Below are positions 1 to 8,400 of a stretch of DNA of 40,797 nucleotides, piece by piece. Location: positions 1 through 40,797 of the IMG/VR virus record IMGVR_UViG_3300005980_000007. The stretch is one strand, 5' to 3'. The number at the start of each line of letters is the position of its first letter. Positions within the stretch are counted from its first letter, which is position 1. This DNA comes from a virus (Duplodnaviria > Caudoviricetes). Made by a program: the position numbers and the translations under genes. A model generated the notes under the pieces. It was given only the letters and a program-made list of their open reading frames with translations, searched no databases and was not told where the DNA came from.

Positions 1-74
1 GGCAAATAGAACAACAAAATGAAAATCGGGATAAGCAGGACGCGTAGAACGGTGATCAGATTAGGGATATTCAT
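1..74 (-). CDS. pgsA: Host CDP-diacylglycerol--glycerol-3-phosphate 3-phosphatidyltransferase, 5' end only (runs off window)
   Basis: ATG at 74 reads MNIPNLITVLRVLLIPIFILLFYL, the typical PgsA N-terminus; it sits downstream of uvrC once the prophage is removed. Confidence 0.93.
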   Translation of the reverse strand, partial: MNIPNLITVLRVLLIPIFILLFYL

Positions 75-99
75 CGGCACAACTGGCTACGAGGTGAGA

Positions 100-113
100 A
101 GGCATTCTACTCG
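100..113. repeat. att core, pgsA-side junction (AGGCATTCTACTCG)
   Basis: Exact copy at 40678..40691; similarity extends imperfectly to AG[A/T]AGGCATTCTACTCG[G/C]TG. Confidence 0.93.
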
Positions 114-134
114 GTGATGAGGCCGGAAAGCCCC

Positions 135-163
135 ATTCTATGGGCATTCGCTGGGCATGTCTA
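135..163 (-). promoter_or_regulatory. Predicted sigma70 promoter in the phage att arm, facing outwards to pgsA
   Basis: Minus strand TAGACA (163..158), 17-nt spacer, TAGAAT (140..135); each hexamer is 5/6 to consensus. Confidence 0.65.
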
Positions 164-207
164 ACCGAGTTTCTAACAGTGTTCTAACACGAGTCTAACA
201 CTCTGAC
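160..207. repeat. TCTAAC repeat array, putative integrase arm-type / recombination accessory sites
   Basis: TCTAAC at 160, 172, 183, 194 and TCTGAC at 202; the 18-mer TCTAACAGTGTTCTAACA (172..189) recurs at 40584..40601. Confidence 0.7.
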
Positions 208-404
208 AGCTCCCATGGGACCAACTTACAGAGGCGTGCAGGCCTGCGACAAGGACCCCAGGCGCACCCATGCGATAAGGCTCAGGCGCGCTGTGAGCTG
301 GCGAGCAGCTAACGAGAGGGGCCACGGGGGGAACTGGCGGCGTAGAACAGTTGAGGTGGTCATTCAGATTTTTCTGTCAGATTCTCAAAGGGACCATCAA
401 GAGG

Positions 405-593
405 TCATTCAGCACACCCGCCAGTCACTATAACGCAGACCACGTTACCGAGGCTTTCCACTAATGGCCCTCCTTTAGTAAGCCCGAGAGTCACTAAGAG
501 CAACGCAAGGAATCTGTAGGTGGCCCGGTGCGTCGCCAGAGCCTTAACGACAGCCACAAAGGTCTGCCAGCGGGTAGTCATTACTGTGATCAT
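405..593 (-). CDS. gp19.5-like small hydrophobic protein
   Basis: Last gene, downstream of a phage promoter; ATYRFLALLLVTLG segment resembles T7-family gp19.5; GGAGG RBS upstream. Confidence 0.7.
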   Translation of the reverse strand: MITVMTTRWQTFVAVVKALATHRATYRFLALLLVTLGLTKGGPLVESLGNVVCVIVTGGCAE

Positions 594-700
594 GCTTCAG
601 CCTCCTTTGAGCTGGTTAAAGAGAAGGTGGTTGATGGTGATAGCCACCACCCAAACAGGAGGTCTCAGAGGCATCTCTAAGAAGTAACTTTAAGCCTCCC

Positions 701-723
701 TATGGTTATAGTGGGTGCTTTTG
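701..723 (-). promoter_or_regulatory. Phage RNAP promoter (phiOR-like) CAAAAGCACCCACTATA|ACCATA
   Basis: Member of a nine-copy 23-bp motif; lies between terminase and gp19.5 as T7 phiOR does. Confidence 0.85.
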
Positions 724-774
724 GAGCCCTTGCAGGACGTGGCCTGTAGCCCTGGTCAAATAGGCACCAAACCG

Positions 775-799
775 AAAATAAGGGACCCGAAGGCCCCTT
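775..799 (-). terminator. Hairpin terminator after terminase gene
   Basis: Minus strand AAGGGGCC-TTCG-GGTCCCTT followed by ATTTT, just after the gp19 stop. Confidence 0.6.
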
Positions 800-806
800 T
801 AAGTAG

Positions 807-2558
807 TCACCACCCCATATAGTTGGTGGTCGTTCCGTCTGTTTCGTACTGCATCATCACGTCACCAATCATCATCTGCCGGTGATCCTCGAATCCCACA
901 AGCGGGTCTTCCATGTGATGCATTAGGTACTCTTCCAGCATCTCCGAGGCTCCCGCCTCAGAATCCTTCTCCATGGCCTCTGTGAAGAACTGAACGCCGA
1001 TTGCCAGGGCATCGAGTCGATCATCATGGGCAAGTGAGCCCCGGTCCTTGGTGATCCTGGAGAGCTGATAGAAGCCGCTGTACTTGATGTCAGTCGTACC
1101 GTCGATGTTCAGCGCAGTCTCGTAGTCCCGCGCAATGACATCCTCGGAGACCACCAGCTTGTGGCTACCCAGTACAGGCTCCAGAACGTCACAGATGCGT
1201 AGCTCTTTCTGTCCCTTTGACTTGACCTCAGTGACTGCACAACGGTGTGTACGGGTCATCACAGGGCTGAACAGCTTCACGTACATACCATCACCGAAGT
1301 TACCCTCAATGATCACTTCGTTGACCTTGAAGCGCTTGCCGATGTCTGCCAGGGCCTGCAAGGTCTTGTCATCGTAGCCACCACGGAACCCGCCCCAGTC
1401 CATCAGGAAGATGTAGCCGTTGAGCATGTAGAGGACGGCGTAGCCAGTCTCATCCTTACCGCGACCGCTCGGGTCGATCACAAGTATCTTCGCGGAGTAC
1501 GGTGCAGACGCTTGGCCTACAGTCTCGTAGCGGTGGAAGCGATCCCCCTTGAGGCCCACGTTAGGCAAGCCCTTGGCTTCGTTGTTACCGTTCGGCAACC
1601 ACTGCAAGGTCGTAGGGGCTGTATCGAGGCTGAAGCGCCCCACGATGAAGTCACGCAGTTTCAGAGGGTACTTCTCGGCATCGCTCAGGTTCGGGTTAAG
1701 CATGAACTGAAGAGCGAAGCCACCCTTTCCGTATGACAGCTCACGCTCACGCAAGTCAGTGTCATCGAATCGAACAGGGTCTGTAGGTTTCCAGTAAAGG
1801 GTCCCGTCAGCTTCCAGCTCGTTCGCAATCATTGGTGCCAAACGATGGCCGTAGCTCTCACGGTCTTTCTGGTCTTTCGGGTATCTCGCAGGCCAGATGG
1901 TGGTCACATAGCCACGGTTTTCCAGCTCACGATAAAGAGTCATCTCAGTTTGGGGAGTACCCAAGTAGATGATGGTAGATGCTTCACCCGGCTTCAGGAT
2001 CGCATCGAATTCCTTCACGAGTTCGCCCAGGTGATCCCTTGCGGACTGCGTAGCGGAGTTGTTCGGAACCTCAACGTCATCCGCGATAAGGATGTCAGCA
2101 CGGGAGCCCGCCAGTTGGCCGGTGATACCCACAGACTTCACAGAGGGCGAGTGGTCTGGCTTGGCCGGTCCCACATCGAAACTCAAGGAGCTATCCCGCT
2201 GCCCAGTCCCTGTCTTCAGTTCTGCAAGGAACGGTAGGAGGTCGATGATTCTCTTGATGAAAATAGAGTTGGCGTCTGCCCGTTCCTTCGAGGCCGACAC
2301 GATGAGGAACTTGAGCTGTGGGTTGTTCCACAACTTCCAGACCACAAAGGCACACGTAATGAAGGACTTGCCGATGCCCCGGAAGGCTTGCAGGATGAAC
2401 CTTCGCTGCTTTCCGTCACTTAGGGTACGTGCCATGTCGATCTGGCACTTGGTAGGTTTAGGGAGGTTTAGAGCGCGCCACAGGACAAACAAAAAGGCCA
2501 CAAAGGACCTTTTCATTAACGCTATGTCCTGCTCGCCAGTGCGAACAGTTCGGGTCAC
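807..2558 (-). CDS. gp19: Terminase large subunit (gp19)
   Basis: Walker A AFRGIGKS, Walker B ILIADDVE, nuclease motifs [12 protein letters not shown] and HDDRLDALA; GTG start overlaps upstream stop (GTGA). Confidence 0.97.
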   Translation of the reverse strand: MTRTVRTGEQDIALMKRSFVAFLFVLWRALNLPKPTKCQIDMARTLSDGKQRRFILQAFRGIGKSFITCAFVVWKLWNNPQLKFLIVSASKERADANSIFIKRIIDLLPFLAELKTGTGQRDSSLSFDVGPAKPDHSPSVKSVGITGQLAGSRADILIADDVEVPNNSATQSARDHLGELVKEFDAILKPGEASTIIYLGTPQTEMTLYRELENRGYVTTIWPARYPKDQKDRESYGHRLAPMIANELEADGTLYWKPTDPVRFDDTDLRERELSYGKGGFALQFMLNPNLSDAEKYPLKLRDFIVGRFSLDTAPTTLQWLPNGNNEAKGLPNVGLKGDRFHRYETVGQASAPYSAKILVIDPSGRGKDETGYAVLYMLNGYIFLMDWGGFRGGYDDKTLQALADIGKRFKVNEVIIEGNFGDGMYVKLFSPVMTRTHRCAVTEVKSKGQKELRICDVLEPVLGSHKLVVSEDVIARDYETALNIDGTTDIKYSGFYQLSRITKDRGSLAHDDRLDALAIGVQFFTEAMEKDSEAGASEMLEEYLMHHMEDPLVGFEDHRQMMIGDVMMQYETDGTTTNYMGW

Positions 2559-2683
2559 TCAGGATCACCCGGCCACTTCACCTGTTTAGCGCGCTCTCGA
2601 ATCTGTGCCAATGCGGCTTGTTCTGCACCATATTTAGCTTGTTCTTTTTTCTTGTCGCGGCACTCCTTGAGATTAATGACCAT
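2555..2683 (-). CDS. Small 42-aa protein ([42 protein letters not shown]), not in the ORF track
   Basis: Fills the gap exactly: ATG directly after the i-spanin stop (TGAATG) and stop overlapping the terminase start (GTGA). Confidence 0.6.
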   Translation of the reverse strand: MVINLKECRDKKKEQAKYGAEQAALAQIRERAKQVKWPGDPE

Positions 2684-3136
2684 TCATTTACTCCTTTGTA
2701 GTTCTTTAATTGCTCCTTGCAGGCCCGTTACTTGGGCGTCACATCGCTGGGCTTGCTCGATAAGGAATCGAGAAGTGTCTTCTGATAAGTCGGCGTAACC
2801 ATCAGGGACGGGTCTACCTGCACTTGTGACTGAACGCACGGTTGCATCGGCAAGTTTGACCCGCAGGCTGATACCGTCATTACGCAACCTACCAATAACC
2901 CCGTCAGCCAAAGCCGACTGGTCTTTAAGGTACGCTTGCCATTGCAAAGAAATATCCGCCAAAGCCTTTTGAGATAGTTCACGTTCTTCCTCCTGTTTCT
3001 GCCTGTAGACTAAAGCTGTCTCAGCGTCCTCTTTAAGGTGTTTCTGGTCAGAGTCGTGATAGCCCTTGAAGTAAATCCCAAGGGCTACCAGACAGGCACA
3101 CAGAAGCCCCAAGAGAACCTTGGTAAGGGTTGTCAT
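2684..3136 (-). CDS. gp18.5: Rz-like i-spanin (gp18.5)
   Basis: N-terminal TM helix, coiled-coil body, C-terminal DAQVTGLQ, position after gp18. Confidence 0.9.
   Translation of the reverse strand: MTTLTKVLLGLLCACLVALGIYFKGYHDSDQKHLKEDAETALVYRQKQEEERELSQKALADISLQWQAYLKDQSALADGVIGRLRNDGISLRVKLADATVRSVTSAGRPVPDGYADLSEDTSRFLIEQAQRCDAQVTGLQGAIKELQRSK
2728..2982 (-). CDS. gp18.7: Rz1-like o-spanin lipoprotein (gp18.7) nested in gp18.5; start uncertain
   Basis: Alternate frame within Rz; hydrophobic signal with lipobox VSAC; VDPSLMVTP resembles T7 gp18.7. Confidence 0.85.
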   Translation of the reverse strand: MNYLKRLWRIFLCNGKRTLKTSRLWLTGLLVGCVMTVSACGSNLPMQPCVQSQVQVDPSLMVTPTYQKTLLDSLSSKPSDVTPK

Positions 3137-3148
3137 GGTTGTGGCTCC

Positions 3149-3406
3149 TTAGTGTTGAGTTGCTGGACCGTAAAGTTCTTCGTCGGTCAACTCAGGGACT
3201 TCCGCAAGCGCGGACGCCAAGTCACCCAGTAGGGACTCATCAGGTTGCAACTTAGCGATAGTGAACTTGTGACGGTCGAGATACTTGCCGATGGCGTTGT
3301 ATAGCTGAGGGGTTCGTAGCTCGGGACTCTTCAAGTCGCGCAAAAGATTCTTACCGGTCTCTGTGTCGATTGCCTCAAGTAGTTGTTCAAGAATAGATTG
3401 CGACAT
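3149..3406 (-). CDS. gp18: Terminase small subunit (gp18)
   Basis: RTPQLYNAIGKYLDRHKFTIAKLQPD motif; start moved to ATG 3406 overlapping the holin stop (TAATG). Confidence 0.93.
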   Translation of the reverse strand: MSQSILEQLLEAIDTETGKNLLRDLKSPELRTPQLYNAIGKYLDRHKFTIAKLQPDESLLGDLASALAEVPELTDEELYGPATQH

Positions 3407-3609
3407 TAACCCTCCTGTTTTGTTTGGACCCCCTTCACAGTCTTGTAGATCAAGACGGCGCATTGAGTTAGCGAGTAGATAATGGCCGCTGCATAGAACC
3501 AGTCGGACATTGTTAAACCAGCAAAACGGCTTGCTACATCAGCACCAGCCGCAGCTACAACAGGAGTGGCGCGAACCACCCCTTGTGTAAAATCAATTTC
3601 AAGACTCAT
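3406..3609 (-). CDS. gp17.5: Class II holin (gp17.5)
   Basis: 67 aa, MSLEIDF..VVRATPVV..GLTMSDWFYAAAIIY; follows the tail fibre. Confidence 0.92.
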   Translation of the reverse strand: MSLEIDFTQGVVRATPVVAAAGADVASRFAGLTMSDWFYAAAIIYSLTQCAVLIYKTVKGVQTKQEG

Positions 3610-3620
3610 TAAGCACTCCT

Positions 3621-5393
3621 TTAGGCAATGGTAAGTTTGAAGATGAACACACGCCGAATCCCATACTGATTATTAGGTTTGCCAGCCTTCACAGTGATGC
3701 GCCGCCCGCCTTCAGTAAGGGTAAACAGCATTGCCCCACCGCTATCAAACTGCACGTTGTGTTCTTCGGTTGCAGACTCACCAAAAGGAATACAGTTGGT
3801 TGTCGAATAAAACTTGGCGCCGCCGTAAATCTCGAACATGTAGAAGTCACCGGACTGTAAAGGCTCGCGGAGATAAAACTGAGAACCCGGCGCCCCTTGG
3901 TCGCCTACACCGCCAACTGTGTCCACACCACGCTCCCATATTACCGAGGGGGTGTTACGCAGGCGCGTGCCAGGAGTGACGCGACTAAGCGCTCCATAAA
4001 GACTTCCTCCAGTCATCCATTCGGCGCGGATGTCCGCATTAGGCGGGATGGTAGCTTGAGGCAGGCTAATAGAGCCTCCCACGCTAATATCGGTGGCCGT
4101 GTTGACCTTGCCGTTAGGCTCCACGGTCATACCCACTGTGGTTCGACCGGCGCGGAGCCGGATTACCTGATCAATGCCCGCGTAGATTACTCCGCGATTC
4201 CCGCTCGGACCGTCAAACCATAAGTGAGCGTTCCCCGAGTCAGCAGGAGACACAGAGAAGAACGAGCCAGAGTTTGCGGTGATGGTGCCGGATACAGCAA
4301 AGTTGCCGTAGCCTGACAGGCTCGTCAGGGCAGTGCCTAAGTTGTCCCGGACGTACATCACACCGTTGTTCGAGTAATTGAAATTCATGTACTTTTGGTC
4401 GGTCAGCGCACTGCCTTCCTGCTGAATGAACAAGGAGGTGTGGATGTGATGAGGACCTTTGAAGATCGTCTTCACGCCCTGCACGAACTCAATAGTTCCC
4501 ATGAACTCGTTGGCGTTACCCAGCTTGTTTGCTTCACTTGCTGCACGATTAGCCTCAAGCGCCGCACGATAGGCATCATCGTAGGACAGACTTGCAGAGT
4601 GGGCGCTTGCAGATGCACTGGCAGCGCTCTTGCGGGAGTAGTGCAGGGACGAGTAGAGACCTGTTTCCACGAGTTGGCCTTCCGGCATCATAGCGTAAGC
4701 CCTGGAGAGGCTCGCGTTGGCCACTGCGATGTCCTTAGAATCCTTAGCGGCACCTTGAGATGCAGCAGCCTGGCCCGCAGCGGCCTGAGAGGCCGTAGCG
4801 TGTCTATCGGATTCGTTTGCCATCTGCTCAGAACGTGCGGACGAGTTGGTGGAGTTTTCCGCATGAAACGCCGCCGCGTTAGCCATCAGCTCAGAGCGGT
4901 TAGCTTGGTTCAACGCCGAGGCGCCCCATGCTTTATCTTGCCGCAAGGTAACAGCGTCACCATCCAACACGGCATCTGCAAGGTTCACAAGGCGCCGACC
5001 ACGGGCATCCAAATCACCATCGTTGTTCACCGCAATGGTGTCCGCAGTCAGGTCACGGGCTTCTTCAGCAATGTGCAGCGATTGAACCTGTGAGGTGTTC
5101 AAATCGTAGGCACGAAGAATCGACCCATCGGCAAAGTCAACGAGGCGATCAGTTGCCGAAGTAACCCGGCGAATCTCTATGCTTGTGAATTGATCACCCG
5201 GCCCCCACGCCTTTGTAGTCGTGATATTGGTACGGGAAGTAAACCGGTAGTCGGAGTTAAGCGTGAGGGTCTGCCGTGTTTTACCAATAAGGGTCACGGC
5301 GATGAACTTACGAGCCAAATACTCGAATGGAATTGTAAAGTCCTTTTGCGCACCATTGAGGGGATACGTAAGGACTGTCTTTGGAGCGGCCAT
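3621..5393 (-). CDS. gp17: Tail fibre (gp17), 590 aa
   Basis: T7 gp17 anchor (FTIPFEYLARKFIAVTLIG..RLVDFADGSILRAYDLN), Ala-rich shaft, beta-rich distal part; start reassigned to ATG 5393 after AAGGAGG. Confidence 0.95.
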   Translation of the reverse strand: MAAPKTVLTYPLNGAQKDFTIPFEYLARKFIAVTLIGKTRQTLTLNSDYRFTSRTNITTTKAWGPGDQFTSIEIRRVTSATDRLVDFADGSILRAYDLNTSQVQSLHIAEEARDLTADTIAVNNDGDLDARGRRLVNLADAVLDGDAVTLRQDKAWGASALNQANRSELMANAAAFHAENSTNSSARSEQMANESDRHATASQAAAGQAAASQGAAKDSKDIAVANASLSRAYAMMPEGQLVETGLYSSLHYSRKSAASASASAHSASLSYDDAYRAALEANRAASEANKLGNANEFMGTIEFVQGVKTIFKGPHHIHTSLFIQQEGSALTDQKYMNFNYSNNGVMYVRDNLGTALTSLSGYGNFAVSGTITANSGSFFSVSPADSGNAHLWFDGPSGNRGVIYAGIDQVIRLRAGRTTVGMTVEPNGKVNTATDISVGGSISLPQATIPPNADIRAEWMTGGSLYGALSRVTPGTRLRNTPSVIWERGVDTVGGVGDQGAPGSQFYLREPLQSGDFYMFEIYGGAKFYSTTNCIPFGESATEEHNVQFDSGGAMLFTLTEGGRRITVKAGKPNNQYGIRRVFIFKLTIA

Positions 5394-5443
5394 TAAGTCC
5401 TCCTTGTGAGTTATGAATATGAGAAAGCAGACTCGTGGTGACA

Positions 5444-5466
5444 TCTGCTTATAGTGGGGGCTTTTA
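5444..5466 (-). promoter_or_regulatory. Phage RNAP promoter (phi17-like) TAAAAGCCCCCACTATA|AGCAGA
   Basis: Consensus motif directly upstream of the tail fibre gene. Confidence 0.85.
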
Positions 5467-8400
5467 GCGAATCTCTACGCCCTGCCCTTCCATCATCATG
5501 AGCAAGAGCTTTTGAGACACAGGGTCATTCGGCACGAGTCCACGAAGGCCATTGAATACACCAGTCATGTATTCCTGATCGGCTCTACGGGAGTCCGTAC
5601 CAGCAGCGCCCATAGAGTTGAAACCCATCTGATACCCGCTTGCCACAGTCCCAATTGCTGGAACCTGTTCGGATACCCGGCCAAGGAACCCAGTGAACCC
5701 TTCAGACTTCGTGGGGGAGTACTTCATGGCACCTTGAGGGCGTTGTTCTTTGGGGCCCCGTGGGAGAATCGAAGAGCGCACAGCCGCCGCCTGATCGAAG
5801 CCCAAAGGCGCCGCTACGATGTTCACCAGCCCCAAAGGCGCACCGATGTGTGAGCTACGGGACAAAGCCGCATAGGCCAACATCTTGGGGTCCAGGGACT
5901 GCTGTAGGAACTTCTCACGCTGGTCTTTTGGCATCCCCGCTGCTTGGCTGTACTTCATCGCTACGTAGCCCGAAACGGCCAGTCCCGTAGAGAGAACCGC
6001 CTGCATGGTCTGGTCGATTGCACGACCGTTCTTCGTTGCATCGTGGTAGCCACGGATGAGCCGGGAGTTGACTGAACGCATGGTGAAGTTCTTGAACTGC
6101 ATCGCCATCTTGACGCCCGCACCGTATGCCTCGGTGTCTACCGAAGACAGCTTGTGTGGCCGTAGGATCGTCTCATCTGCAATCTTGTCTCCCATACGCC
6201 ACAGGTCCATGGTCCGAGGGTCACGCTGAAAGGCTGCTCTATCGGTGATCTTGTAGGACCCGTCAGGCTGCTTCTTCACGTAGGTCTTAATCAGGTCTTT
6301 CATTCCCGCGAACTGCTCGGGGGTGATAGACATAGACTTCAGGCGGGTGTCCTCAAAGAGCTTCGAGGCCCGACCGTCCACCACATGATTCACGAAGTCC
6401 GAGAGGACCCCGGAACGCCCTGCATCCGCGATGTAGTTAGACGACTCTGTGAGGAACTTGGTGAACGGTGATCGAGCTGACAGCTCCTGTGTGGTGTACT
6501 TCACAGAGCCCACAACCTGGGCAAGCATAGGGTTTGTTTCTGCCTGCTCTCGGAGACGCTGGATGATGTCCTGGCGGGTTGGCCGAATGTGGTTATCCAG
6601 CTCCCGACCGAAGACCATAGAGTGCATGTCTGCAAGGTCCTTTGCCTTGATCTTGGAGCCCCAGGCGGTCATCTCCTTGAGCAGCGGGACGCCCTTCAGG
6701 AGCATCCGTGTGTGCCCTTTAGTCACCATTGCGGCAACCTCAGTTATTGACTGCACGCCCATGTAGGCGTTCTTGGCGAAGAAGCTCATGTCTGCCAAGG
6801 CACGGGAAGCGGTTGCAAGGGCGCCTTCGGGGTCTCTTCGGGCACGGCCTGTCAGAATATTGAGCGCATCCTGCAACGCCTTCACTTCCTGCGACGTTCC
6901 CTTCCCCTTCTGGACCCCTGCAATCTGAGCCTTGAGTTCCTTCGTAGTTTTCCCCGTGGCCCCCATGATCCCAATGTCACCGTTCACACGGCGGTCATAG
7001 CTTGGGGTGATGCGCGCCAGGTCAAACTCACGCAGGTCATTCACAGAGAACTGTGAGCCATCACTAAGGGGCACCGCCATGTCCGAATCGAACAGGTGAC
7101 GGCCTTCGAGGAAATTGTTGTTCTCCACGCCGACCAGACCTTCGGCGCTATTGTCGATGAGCGTTGCACGGTCGAACTGGTCCGAGTGGCTAATGCCGTA
7201 TGCCTTGTTGCTGGCATACAGTTCAACAGCGGCGGGAAGGTCCTTGTCTTCCAGTACGCGCCCTTCGGCAATCGCAAGCTCCTTCAGATGAGTGTCCACC
7301 CGAGTCTTTACGTGAGGCCGTGCAGCGTAGGAAGACAACCACGACTCCTTAATGGCATCGCGCAGACCATCCGCCCCACCGAAGCGTTGGATGTTCAGGT
7401 TCTTCGCGGCTGAGCTGTAGACGTTCGGGATGTACGAGCCAGCGTGACGAGTCCCCGAAAGAACCGCTCGGGCGTTCCTGTTGCCGAACTGGGCAGGCGC
7501 TGCAAGGTATTCAGCCTTACGGTCGTAGTGAGCCTTAACGGTGCCCATCAGCTTCTTCTCACCGGCTGTGAGCTGCGCCGCCTTGGAACCCGAAAGGTCC
7601 TCAGTGGCCTCAGCGACACGCCTGAAAGCACGCTCAATGTGAGCTTGCCGACCGCCGTCAGTCATCGCATAGCTTGGGTCCTTGATGGCCTCAAGAACTT
7701 CATCGGAGATCTTATTGTAGGTCACATGGTCCTGCCCCTTGATGCGCTCAATGATGTCCGAGGCGGTAGCCCCAAACTTACCGTTAGAGCCGCTGATGGT
7801 CCCCGTAGGCGACCGGAATAGCTGATTGCCGATAGCGAGAATCTCAGGGTTCTCCGAGCGGTTCAGCGTGTAGCCAATCTCGGTGAATCCACCCATCGTC
7901 ACACCACGGGCTGCACGGTCGTCAGGCATCACCTCCATGGCGTCCTGTAGGGTCTTAGGGTTCAGTGGATTGTCAGCAGACAGGATTGAACCGTCCTGCA
8001 AGCGCACTGCCCCAGGCTCGTTCGGGTGGTCGACATAGCTCACCCCAAAGGCTTCCTTGGGTTCCTCGCCGGCCAGCCACGGGAAGCGTGAAGGATCGTC
8101 CTGACCCAACTGGCGAGCGGTCTCACGGGCCTCCAAGCGAATGCTCGGACCAGCGAAGTCGTTCAGGTCGGGTTCCATATCAGGATGCAGGTCAAAGCGC
8201 TCATTCGGTAAGGCGGACTCACCGTGTCGCGCAAGGATCGATTCAAGGTCAGCGTCTGGAACATCTAAGCGGGGAGCCTCACGCGGTGCAGCCCTCAGCG
8301 CCTTATCAAACAGAGCAGTAGCCCCGGCACCGAACAATGCGCCACCTACGAGAGCCGTCCCGTAATGGCCCTCAATGCCTGTGATGTTTTCACGTAGACC

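Noticed and set aside
160-207. Short repeats as a CRISPR array or tRNA remnant
   Set aside because: Units are 6 bp with 5-6 bp gaps, there are no cas genes and no cloverleaf; the att lies in uvrC, not a tRNA.
215-433. 72-aa plus-strand ORF near the left junction
   Set aside because: Opposite to all phage genes, no clear RBS or motif, and overlaps the likely terminal-repeat region.
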